From Mobula hypostoma (lineage: Eukaryota): a stretch of 64,000 bases of DNA. A program made the translations under genes and the position numbers. The notes beneath the pieces are model-generated. The model did no database searches, was not told where the DNA came from, and was given only the letters and a program-made list of their open reading frames with translations. The stretch covers positions 28,274,001 to 28,338,000 of the forward strand of contig NC_086118.1 in the NCBI RefSeq assembly GCF_963921235.1, given 5' to 3'. Positions 47,421 through 58,519 of this stretch are shown here, one piece after another; position 1 is the first letter of the stretch, and each line of letters begins with the position of its first letter.

Positions 47421-50400
47421 TATCATCAGACAATGTATCTTGGAATCAGTTTAATGATCACATGGATTGCATCTTGGAAGCTGCATTGGCAGGACCTACA
47501 GGAAGATTGACTCCCTCCCAGCTATTGTGTTCAACTTTGCTGAAGTGAAATTCAGCCCATTGGAGAAGAAAAGGGATCTTAAACTATCTTGGCAACCAAA
47601 TAAGAGGGAAAGAGAGATTCACCATCTGAGAAGTGAAATAAAGACCCTGAGCAAATAATTTAAAAACAGTTCACCTAATGAAAAAGAAGGCGTCAAAGAC
47701 CTAACTAGCAAATTGTGGGAACAACTGCACAAGACATGATCATCAGTTACCTAGGAGGATTCAAACTACGCTTCACTTCGGCCCACTTTACAACCAGGTG
47801 ACAAAACTTCCAAAAAGGGAGTCCAACCGGATGTAGCATCTCTCCCATCTCATTTGTCATGGGTATGTACCTCTTCCTATCAGCAGCAGAAGATGTAATC
47901 CGAGGCCCAGTGTTGAAACCCGGTATCTGACAACCTGCAATACAGGGGTTCATGGATGACTTTACAGTAACTACGGTAACCCATGTCCAAGCAAATGGGC
48001 ATTGGAAACCCTGGACAATGTAGCTACCTGAGCTAGGATGACCTTAAAGGCCAGGAAGTCCAGATGCATAGTGATAAAAAAGGGCAAGGTTACTAGCAAG
48101 TTCAGTTTTCAAGTACAGGAAAAAGTCATTCCATCCACAGAGGACAACCCTGTAAAGTGTCTTGAAAAGTTGTTTAATGCAACAATGACAGACAGCACCA
48201 ACATCACCAGCACTGTAAAGCAGACTGAAGAGTGACTGAAGAAGATCGACAAAACTGGACTCCCTGGTAAATTTAAGCTGTCATTGTACTAACATGGTCT
48301 TCTACCGAGACTGCTCTGGCTTTTCACAGTGTACAATTTCCCCATGACCACTGTAGAGAGCGTCAAGAGGAAAGTTAACAAGCACCTGCGGAAGTGGCTG
48401 GGGACACCCCCTGCCCCCAAGTTTTTCTTCAGTGGGGCTCTACATAAGATCAGGCCAGCTACAGCTGCCGTTGTCATCAGTAGTGAAAGAGTTTCAAGGT
48501 GGCAAAGTGTGGAGTTATGTTAACACTGAGAGACTCTGATGACAAGCTAATAAACCAAGTAGGAGTCATAAGATCAGGCTGAAAGTGGGCTGCCAACTCA
48601 GCCAAAGACCAGGCAGTGAGCTCCCTGCAATTGAGAGACAACGTAGGCAACCCATGCCTGGGATGGCAAACCCTCTGCTCTGCACACTCCCAATGATGGG
48701 GGAGTGCAAGCACAAGGGACAGGGGGATGGGCGGGACATAGTCCAGGCAGAGGTATGAAACTGCGAGGACGAAAGGCAGGTATCGAAGGCGGTGCATTTG
48801 GGGTCACAGGGCACCTGGATGAAATAGGATCTTCCCAAGCACATGGTCACTTGGGCAGAACTTTGGAGACTGGAGCCCTTCCACATTTCTTTCCTCTTGC
48901 AGTCCATGTATGACATCCTCCCTATACCATCACAGCTGCACACATGGGAGCTGAGAGATGACCTAACTACAAGCTTTGTGGTCAGCAGGGTTCACTTACA
49001 CACGTACTGCCAGGATGCAAAACAGCTTTAACCACAAGGACATTGTAGGTGGTGCCATGACAAAGTCCTGCTGTCCCGTGCTGACACACTGGAACGAGAG
49101 AGGTGTACAAAGAGACCAGCTGGCAGAGAGGCAAACGGGGCCTCCCCTTAATCAAAATGACTGCCATGCCAGTCATATCAAAGAGGCCTAAATCCAATCT
49201 CCAGCAAACTGCCAAACCTTGGGAGATGAGGGTCGATGTAGGGAGGAGTTTCAGTTCCCGGAGGTGGTGCAAACCACATTGCAGCCAGACATCGTACTGT
49301 GGTCCAGAAAATCATCCTGGTGGAGCTCACAACACCATGGCAAGAAGGATGCGAGGAGGCTCATGAGAGGAAGGCCCTGAAGTGCCAGTCCTTAGTCCAA
49401 GAGTGCAGGGACAAAGGATGGCAGACGTGGCTATTTCACGTTGAAATCGGCTGTAGAGGGTTCCCGGCAAGGTTAGCATGGAGGTCGCTGTCTGTGTTGG
49501 GCCTTAATGGAAAGAGCAAGAATTGAGCAGCTCGCAGGATGTGGGAGGAAGTAGAAAGAGCTTCTTGCTGGATATGGAGCAGGAGAGAGGAGTTGAGCCC
49601 AAAATCAGAAGCAGATGGACAATGACATGGCCACCATTGCTGACCTGCCAACTGGAGAGTGTAGTTGTTAAGGGTCAAAACACTCTATGAAGATTGGGCA
49701 CCACCTGAGGACATCTGCCCCTGGCCATATCATCAGGTAACTGAAGAGATCACCCCGGTGTATGATGCAAGCCGCATGTGCAAGATTTCCTAAATGAAAA
49801 ATGGATGTATCTAATGATGTCTCCAGTTCATTGAATAGTGCACCTTCTCCCCAAATCCTCATTAAAATGATCCTACACTCCTTGCTGTGCAGAAATTGAA
49901 GTATTTGCCAAAGGATTCTAGTTTACCTGGATGGTTGCAATTATGATCACATTTCCCATTATTGCCCACTTACTAATGTCCTGTAGTATTATCTGCTTGC
50001 ATCGGGCAACAAAACTGCCATCTACTCAACAACAAGGAAGGAACATGAATTTTTGATTGGATATTCAATTTTCCATTGTATCAATAGCACAGATCAAATA
50101 CATTTGGCAAATAAAGGAAGTTGTTCAATATACCTTTAATGTGATGAGCTCAAAATAATATCGAAAAACTATATATGCATTTGGGGCATATTGTATATGA
50201 TATCTTTGCAGGGTTGTCTGAGTTGGATTTATTGAGTTGTATTGCACAGGCCCTTCAGTCCATCACATCTATGCTGGCTGTAAGGTTCCTCTCTACACAG
50301 CAGTCAGTCTGTCATGATGTGTCAAATGCTCATCTAAATACTTCACAAATGTTGAGGGTATCTGCTTCCACTACCCCTTCTGGTATTGCATCCCAGATTT

Positions 50401-50494
50401 TGGGCATCGCAGAATAAAGATCTTGTGCAAATCCTGAAAATTTTTCAACCTATACCCTCTTTATTGCTGATATATTTCCTATCTCGCCATCAGA

Positions 50495-50900
50495 GCACTG
50501 AAAAAAGGAGCTGGAAAAGCTTAACTGGACAGGCAGCATCTATAGAGGCGAATATACAGTCCATATTTCAGGTCACAACCCTTTATCAGGACTGGAAAGG
50601 AAGAGGGGAGATATCCAGCTTAGAAAGTTGCGGTAAAAGGGTGAAATGAGCTCTCGGGTGTTTGGTGGATCCAGGTATGCGGGAGAGGGATGGGCTAATG
50701 GAGGAGAGTGAAAATGAAGTCAGAAGTGGAAAGGTAAATAGTGAAAGCAACAAAGAGATAAAGAGGATGGAACCTGCTAGGGGAGGACAGTGGACCTTCG
50801 AAAAGAGGGAAGAGGGAGCTCGGAGGAACGTTTGGGCCATGATGGTGCCGCTAAGTGGTGACTCTTTGCTTGCACCTCCAATGAGAATCATCGAATATTT
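50495..50900 (-). mobile_element. Old Penelope pLTR/3' UTR fragment
   Basis: caggcagcatctatagagg; minus strand agtcCTGATAAagggttgtgacctGAAA. Confidence 0.7.
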
Positions 50901-50984
50901 CCATTTAGGACTATTATATCTGAAATCCACAGTCACAGCCATGGGTACTTCAGAAAACGCCATCATTTTAATGTTTTTCTTTTA

Positions 50985-53900
50985 AAAAATCTATCGATCC
51001 TCAAAATTGATGGAATCCGGACAGCAGACTCAGGTTGTAAGCAATTCCCCTTTACAAAGGTAGGGAATGCACGTTGGACTACAGGTATGATTGAAATGCA
51101 GAGGCCTTGGGTCTCACCCCCCCCCACCCCATTTCCATCTGTCTAGTTGGTGAATATGCAGACAGACCCTAGAAAATAAAACAGAAGATCTCAGAGCAAG
51201 ATTGCAATGCCAGAGGGACATCAGAGACTGGTATTTTGCTTCATGGTAACTTGGCCCACTGCCGCCATCTTGGAAGCAGCACTGTTGCCCAGTATCTTCA
51301 CTACTCTCCACAAAACAAGTTAGTTGAGTCTTTTAAAGGTAGAGAGGGGGGACTATGTTTCATGATTAACTCTACAGTGCACAGACATGACAGCTCTGCC
51401 TCTGTCCTGCTCACCTGACCTGGGACATCTAGCAGTCTAATGTTGTCCACTTTATATGCCGAGGGAGTTTTCTGCCATCAACCTGGTAGCGGTGTACTTT
51501 ACACCTCAGGCCAACGTCAGGCAGGTAGTCACGAAACAGCACAGCCTGATGCCTTCTCAACCAGGCCTGTTTGAAGTTTCACCTGTGGAACCAGAGAAGC
51601 CAACACTCTTGACCACTGTTATACCACTCTCAAGAATGCTTAATGTGCCATCTTACGTCTGCACTTTTGAAAGTCTGATCACTTGGCTGTACTTCTACTC
51701 CTGGTGTATAGGCAGAGACTAAAGACTTCAGCACCAGTGGTGAGGACCAAGAAGGTGTGGTCAAAGAAGGCAGGGGTGTGCTTACAGGACAACTTTGAGT
51801 CAGTGGATTGGACAGTATTCTGGGATTCATCTTCAGATCTGAATGAATACACCACAGTTGTCACTGACCTCATGAAGACCTATGTGGATGAGTGTGTGCC
51901 TTCAAGAACATACCAGACACATCCAAATCAAAAACTGACCCAGGATGATCCAGGAGATTCATAATCTTCTGGAGGCTAGACCTATGGCACTCAAGACCAG
52001 TAATACAGAGGCAGACCTACAGAAGACCACTTCGAAAGTCAAGATACAATTCAGACTGAGATTAGAGATGGAATGATGCAGGTCAGCTCTGGCAGGATTT
52101 GCAAGAAATTACTTCCTACAAAATGAAACCTAATATCATCAGTGGCTGTGATGCTTCACTTGCAGGTGAGCTAAATGCCTTTTATGCACACTTAGAAATG
52201 GTTAATAATACTACACCTATGCAAACCCCTGCAGCATTTAGCAATCCTGCAATCTCTGTTTCCTTGGCCAATGTCAGAACATCTTTCATGAGGTTATATC
52301 CTCACAAGGTGTTAGGCCCTGATGGTGTACCTAGTAGGGCACTGAAAACCTATGGCAACTAACTGCTAGGAATGTTCAAGGACATCTGCTACAGTTAGAG
52401 GGTCCCACCTGCTTCAAATAAAGTAATAATCCATTCCAGTGCACAAGAAGAGCAGTATGAGTTGCCTCAGTGACTATTGCCCAAAGGCACTCACATCTCC
52501 TGTGATAAAGTTCTTAGAGAGGTTATTCATATCTAGAATCAACTCTTGCCTAAGCAAGGACCTGGACCCGCTGCAGTTTGCCTATCATCACAATAGGTCT
52601 ACAGCAAATGCAATCTCACCAACTCTCCGCTCAACATAAATCACCTAGACAAAAGTCAAGTCAAGTCACTTTTTATTGTCATTTCAACCATAACTACTGG
52701 TACAGTACAAAGTAAAAAGGAGACAATGGTTTTCAGGACCATGTTGCTACATGAAACAATACAAAAACTACACTAAACTATGTAAAACAACACAAAAATT
52801 ACACTAGACTACAGACCTACCCAGGACTGCATAAAGTGCACAAAATAGTGCAGGCATTACAATAAATAATAAACAAGACAATAGGCACAGTAGAGGGCAG
52901 TAGATTGGTGTCAGTCCAGGCTCTGGGTATTGAGGAGTCTGATGGCCTGGGGGAAGAAACTGTTACATAGTCTGGTCGTGACAGCCTGAATGCTCTGGTG
53001 CCTTTTGCCAGATGGCAGGAGGGAGAAGAGTTTGTATGAGGGGTGCGTGGGGGGGCCTTCATAATGCTGTTTGCTTTATGGATGCAGCATGTGGTGTACT
53101 CGCTTCAGGCTGCTGTTTATCGATGATAGTTCAGCGTTCAACACAATCATACCCTCAGTTCTGATCAACAAGCTCCAAAACCTGGGCTGCTTTATCCCCT
53201 CTGCCACTGGATCCTTGACTTCCTCACCAGGAGACCACAGTCAGTGCCGATTGGAAGTAACATCTTCCCTTCGCTGACGATCGACATTTGTGCACCTCAA
53301 GGATGAATACGTAGTGCACTGGTCTACTCTTTCTGCACCCTGAACTGTGTGGCCAGGCACAGCTCAAACACCATCCATAAACTGGCTGATAACACAACTA
53401 TTGTAGGTTGAATTTCAGATGGTGATGAGGAGGCATATAGGAGTGAGATAAGTCGGCTGGTGGAGTGGCGTTGATAGAACAACCTTGCACTCAAAGTCAG
53501 CAAGACCAAGGAATTGATGTGGACTTCAGGGAGGGTAAGTCAAAGGAACACGCCAGTCCTCATTGAGGGATCAGAAGTGGAAAGGATAAGCAGATTCAAG
53601 TTCCTGGGTGTCGACACCTCTAAGGATCTACCCTGGGCCCAGCATATTGATACAATTGCAAAGAAGGCATGATAACAGCTATATTTGAAGGAGTTTGAAG
53701 AGAATTGGTACGTCACCAAAGACGCTCTCAAATTTCTACTGATGTACCCTAAAGAGCATTCTAACTGGTTGCATCACCATCTGGTATGGTGAGACTACTG
53801 CACAGGATAAGAAAAAAAGCTGCAGAAAGGTTCAGACTCAGCCAGATCCATGGGCAAAGCCACCCAGCATCAAAAACATCTTCAAAAGCTAATGCCTCAA

Positions 53901-54000
53901 AAAGGAGGCATCCGTCATTAAGGACCCCCATCACCCAACACATGCCCTCTTCTCATTCTACCAACAAAAAGGAGGCATAGGAACCTGAAGAGGCACAATG
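50985..54000 (+). mobile_element. Rex1/Babar LINE, near full-length but decayed
   Basis: MPREFSAINLVAVYFTP; LQDNFESVDW; GPDGVPSRALK; LDPLQFAYHHNRST; RLLFIDDSSAFNTIIP; KLADNTTIVG; SRFKFLGV. Confidence 0.9.
52653..53100 (-). mobile_element. Younger Rex1-type 3' fragment inserted in opposite orientation
   Basis: (CAAGT)n tail plus ttttattg; minus strand HPSYKLFSLLPSGKRHQSIQAVTTRLCNSFFPQAIRLL. Confidence 0.85.
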
Positions 54001-54099
54001 TTTTAAGTCACAAAACAACTTATTTCACAACATGTGCCAGTGATATGCCTGGTTCTGATGGGCTGATTGAGAGGGTGGGAGACCTATTTATGGCCCTCA

Positions 54100-55250
54100 T
54101 AACTCAATATATCTCAGTTGGATCTCCCATCAGCTTTATTTACTCCAGAGAAAATGAGCCAGGTGTTTTATGCCCCTTGTAACTAAAATGGTTGATTTCA
54201 GGCAACAGTCTGCTGGATTTACTGTGCACCCCCTCTGATGTAATTGCATCCTCCTTATTGTGTGGTGACCAGAACAGCGCACAGTATTCTGCGACGTATT
54301 AACATTTGTACTGTTGTATCTAATTCTCGTTGCTCTTTCTGCTTTCTTCCTAATGAAGGCAGCATTTCAAATTCCTTTTCAAACACCTTATCTCGTTGCT
54401 ATGGTCTACATGGATCCTGTAACATGTACACCAAAGTTCTCAGTTCCTCAATACTTCCTTGAGTTCTTCAATTCATTTTGTATGTCCGAGCCTTATTAGT
54501 ACTCCTGAAATGCATCACCTCTCGTGTATTTCACGGTTAAATTTCTTCTTCAGTTTCTCTGCCTGTATTAACAACTGATCAATAACATTCTCTAGCTGAA
54601 GGTTACCCTTGGCACAATCAATAAATCCACCAATCTTTGTCAGCTGTGAACATTGATCAAACCTCTACTTTCATGTCCAGATAGCTATTACACACAATGT
54701 ACAGCAAGGGTACCTGTGGTACATCTTTGATCGTAAACTGCCAGTCATTAATGCAAACTCTGAGCTCCCCACTGTCTCCTATCACCAAGGGAATGATCAA
54801 GCCAATTTGTTAAATTACCCTGAGTCTTATAGGTTTTTTATTTTATTGGGCTTGTCCCTGACGTCAGATTTTTGACACATCTTACTGAAGACCACGTGAA
54901 ATGCATTAATCTCATTGACACACCTAGTCACCATCCCAAAATTCAATCATTTGAGTTGGATAAGATCTTCCCTTACGTCATTTTGATTATCCCTGATCAA
55001 TATTTTCTTTCCAAATAAAGATTAATCTTGTCTGAACAGTCAGATTTTTTTCCAGTGTTTTCTCCCACCTCTGATGCTAGACTCACCTGGCCTGCAATTA
55101 CCTGGTTTATCCCTAAAGTACAACATTAGCTGTTTTCCAGATATCTGGACAGAGATTTGAATATTTTGGTCACAGGTCTAGCAATCTTCATTGCTTTTCA
55201 TATTGGCTTTAAATACCTCTGGATATCATATTCGTATAGGGTTCCTTGAA
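54100..55250 (-). mobile_element. Very old CR1 remnant
   Basis: accagaacagcgcacagtattc (EYCALFW), ccaccaatctttgtcagctgtgaac (FTADKDW at the FADD position), ctctgatgctagactcacctggcctgcaatt. Confidence 0.65.
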
Positions 55251-56992
55251 TTTGTTAGACTTTCATCATCATTGGAAAACACTGGTCTTGAACTTCCCTT
55301 CATTTTTGAATCACCCCCATAGTTAGACCTACCCAGAAGGAGCTGCTTCCTGTTTTTACAGGCTTTCTTTGACTGGCCTGTGATGAACCATCTTATTTAT
55401 CCATGTCCTTATTTATATCTTCAAAACTTATGGAATATGGTCACAACCTCTAAATGTTTTGGTCCACATGCCCTTCTATGTTCTCGAAGATTTTTTGTTT
55501 GCAGCTGGAAGTCTGTGGCTAATGCCCTACCAAAGGGGCTAGTGCTGGGCTCTCTTCTGTTACTTTCTCCCTCCCACCACCCATCACACATTGAATATTC
55601 CATCACACTCTGCCCAAACAATGAAAACAGCAATATCAGATCTGCTGTTCCTCTGCATTAATTGTTATGCAGATTGTCTTTAAAATCAATGCTGTCCAGC
55701 CTTGCCTCTTCTGTGCACTTGGCTTTTCTTCTTAATCTGTCTGATCCTTGCCCGCTCTACCTGCATTCACAAGCCTCCCCAATAAGGAAAGTCAGGTGCA
55801 AATTATTTGCACAACTTGTGAGATGGTCTCAGGATTCGGAAATCTAATGCCCTTGTTCTTGTGCTGTCACTTCAATCTTACATCCAGCTGACCTACTACT
55901 CCTATACTTGGCACATAATGTCTGAGATAATCCCGTCATTACAGTGTTAATACAACTTTGATCTGCTACAATACTCATTAATTTCTTATGAAGTTAGTAC
56001 TCATCTGACGATTTTCCCTACAGTTTTAGAATGTGTTGCAATTGTTCTGCGATATCTTGACCTTAACAACACAGAACATCACCCTAGGTTCACAGATAAG
56101 GCTGTTGAACGTCTGTCCATTCTCCTCACTATGGAGCCAACGACTACCATTGCTCATGTGCTCTTGCTCCTTTTTTGTGTAGGCTGAATCACCCACAGTT
56201 CTGAGAAGGTTTGGCTGCATCCACACTCATTACCCCACCCAGAGGCATATTCACCCTAATGTTTTCCAACATGGGAACCTGCTTCTGGAGTGTGATACTC
56301 TGAACATGATTCTAGCAGTATGTCAGAGGACATGCATTGTCTTTGACATGCACTACATAGTCCTTTTTCCTATTCTATTCCAGTTACCCTGGTCCTGCAG
56401 TTTAAAAGACAATAGTAACATCATGCTTCACTTTCCTAAGTAACTAATGTTGCCTGATTTTAATTCAAGAGAAATAAAATATGAATAAAAATGCAGGAAA
56501 CCAGGAACAGCCCTTCTAATTGCAAGTAGAGACTAGTTAAATGACAAGCCCTGGATCAGATGCATGGTTGTTCATGGACATTGTAATTATTACATAGAGG
56601 CTGATATTTTCAAATGCTCCTGATGTACATCAAAAATGTGTAAAAGTTCCAGTCTACTGGAAGTGTGGCTTAATGTCTTGATTCTTAAATGTGCTGGTCC
56701 AGTCCAACCTGCAGCAGCTAAAAAGACCCATGAATTTCTAGACTTTATCAATAGCAACATGGAAGTCCTACTGACACTTGCAAACTCATCTAGACTAAGG
56801 CACTAAATCCTGGTTGCTTCATTATAAGAAGGATGTGAGGGCGTTAGAAAAGTTCCTGAAAAGACTTACAGGAACGCATTGCCTCATCCCAGTGTCAGTT
56901 CTGGCATTTATGTCAGCATGCTGTTTCTGGATGTCAGTTCAGCATTCTATTGTCCCATAGACCTTGGTGAACAAACTCCTATTCCTCAGTCA

Positions 56993-57320
56993 ACATGTTC
57001 CCAATGTTGGAGGAGTCCAGAACCAGAGGCCACAGTGTAAGAATAAGGGGTAGACCATTTAGAATGGAGTTGAGGAAAAACTTTTTCACACAGAGGGTTG
57101 TGGATCTGTGGAATGCTCTGCCTCAGAAGGCAGTGGAGGCCAATTCTCTGGATTTTTTCAAGAAAGTGTCAGATAGAGCTCTTAAAGATAGCGGAGTCAA
57201 GGGGTCTGGGGAGAAGGCAGGAACAGGGTACTGATTGTGGATAATCAGCCATGATCACAGTGAATAGTGGTGCTGGCTCGAAAGGCCGAATGGCCTACTG
57301 CACCTATTGTCTATTGAAAT
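56993..57320 (+). mobile_element. CR1/HER LINE 3' fragment (young)
   Basis: MFPMLEESRTRGHSVRIRGRPFRMELRKNFFTQRVVDLWNALPQKAVEA; 3' UTR and ctattgt repeats. Confidence 0.92.
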
Positions 57321-57389
57321 GCACCTCTGTGCAACTGGGTTCTGTATTTCCTAACCAACAGATCTCAGACAGCCAGGATGAACAAATGC

Positions 57390-58470
57390 TCCTTCCTCCC
57401 CTTCAGCCTCAGCAGAGTTGCCCCCCACCGCCCCCCGAGGTCTGTACTGAGCCCATTGCTGTATACTCTGCTCATACATGACAGCATGGGCAAACACCCG
57501 AGTAATCACATTGTCAAGTTCACCAATGACACGTGTGGGTGGGGCTCATCAGCAACAGCAATGAGATGGCCTTCAGAGAAGAGATAAAAGATATTGAGGC
57601 CTGTGCCAGCCAAATAACCTCTTCCTCAATATCTCAAGACAAAGGAGATGGCTATTGACTTCAGGAGATCTCACATCACTCACACCCCCCTTTATATCGG
57701 CGGCATAGCAGTGGAAACAGCGAGCAGTTTCAAACTCCTCGAAGTGCACATCCTACACAATACCTGATGGTCCCAGAGCACATCCTACACAATCAGAAAA
57801 GCTCACCAATGTCTCCAAATTCTGAGAAAACTGAGAAGATCTGGACTATACACATCTATGCTCGTGCCCTTCTACAGATGCACAGTAGAAAGCATCCTAA
57901 CATGCTGCATCACTGCTTGGTATGGAACCTACTCAATGGCGGACAGCAAGGCTTTACAATGTGGACTCAGAACTGCCCAGTGCATCACCAGAACCACTCT
58001 ACCTGCCATTGTGAACACATATACAAAAAAGTGCCAATAACATCAAGAAGGATCCCACCCACCCTGCTCAAGGACTGTTGATCCCTCTCCTATCAAGGAG
58101 GAGACTACATTGCATCCACATCATGACCACCAGACTCAAAAACAGTTATTTTCCCCAAGCAGCAAGGGTGAGCAACACATCCATCCACTAACTTGCCCCT
58201 CCACACCCCTACCACCACTGCTTTATCATTTTCTGTCAGAGTTACCTTGTATACAGACACTCCTGTGCCTAGTGTCACCTCATGGATGTACGATCAATCT
58301 ATGTACTTGTATATAAGCTATCTAATGTATTTATATTTTTTGTGTTTTTTAATTATTGTGTTCTTTATCCTATTGTGTTTTTTTTTCTGCTGCAGTGGAT
58401 CCGGAGTGGCAATTATTTTGCTCCCTTTTATGCTAATGTGCTGGAAATGACATTAAACAATCTTGAATCT
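57390..58470 (+). mobile_element. Rex1 3' half
   Basis: PPRSVLSPLLYTLLIHD...IVKFTNDT; FYRCTVESILTCCITAWYG; tail cattaaacaatcttgaatctt. Confidence 0.9.
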
Positions 58471-58519
58471 TACAAGGATAAGATTTGACAGGCTTGCCCC
58501 TTTTTTATTAGCAAAAGGA

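Larger units (their letters stand above)
45062..49780 (+). mobile_element. HERO-clade (R2-group, restriction-like endonuclease) non-LTR retrotransposon, decayed and internally deleted
   Basis: N-terminal Zn finger CLCGKICKNIKGLEIHHSRSSC; NKREREIHHLRSE; TGCSISPISF and FMDD (47949-47960); GLPGKFK; LQSMYDILP; PDIVLWS...IILVELTTPWQE...AHERK...VEIGCRGF; ERASCWIW. Confidence 0.9.
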
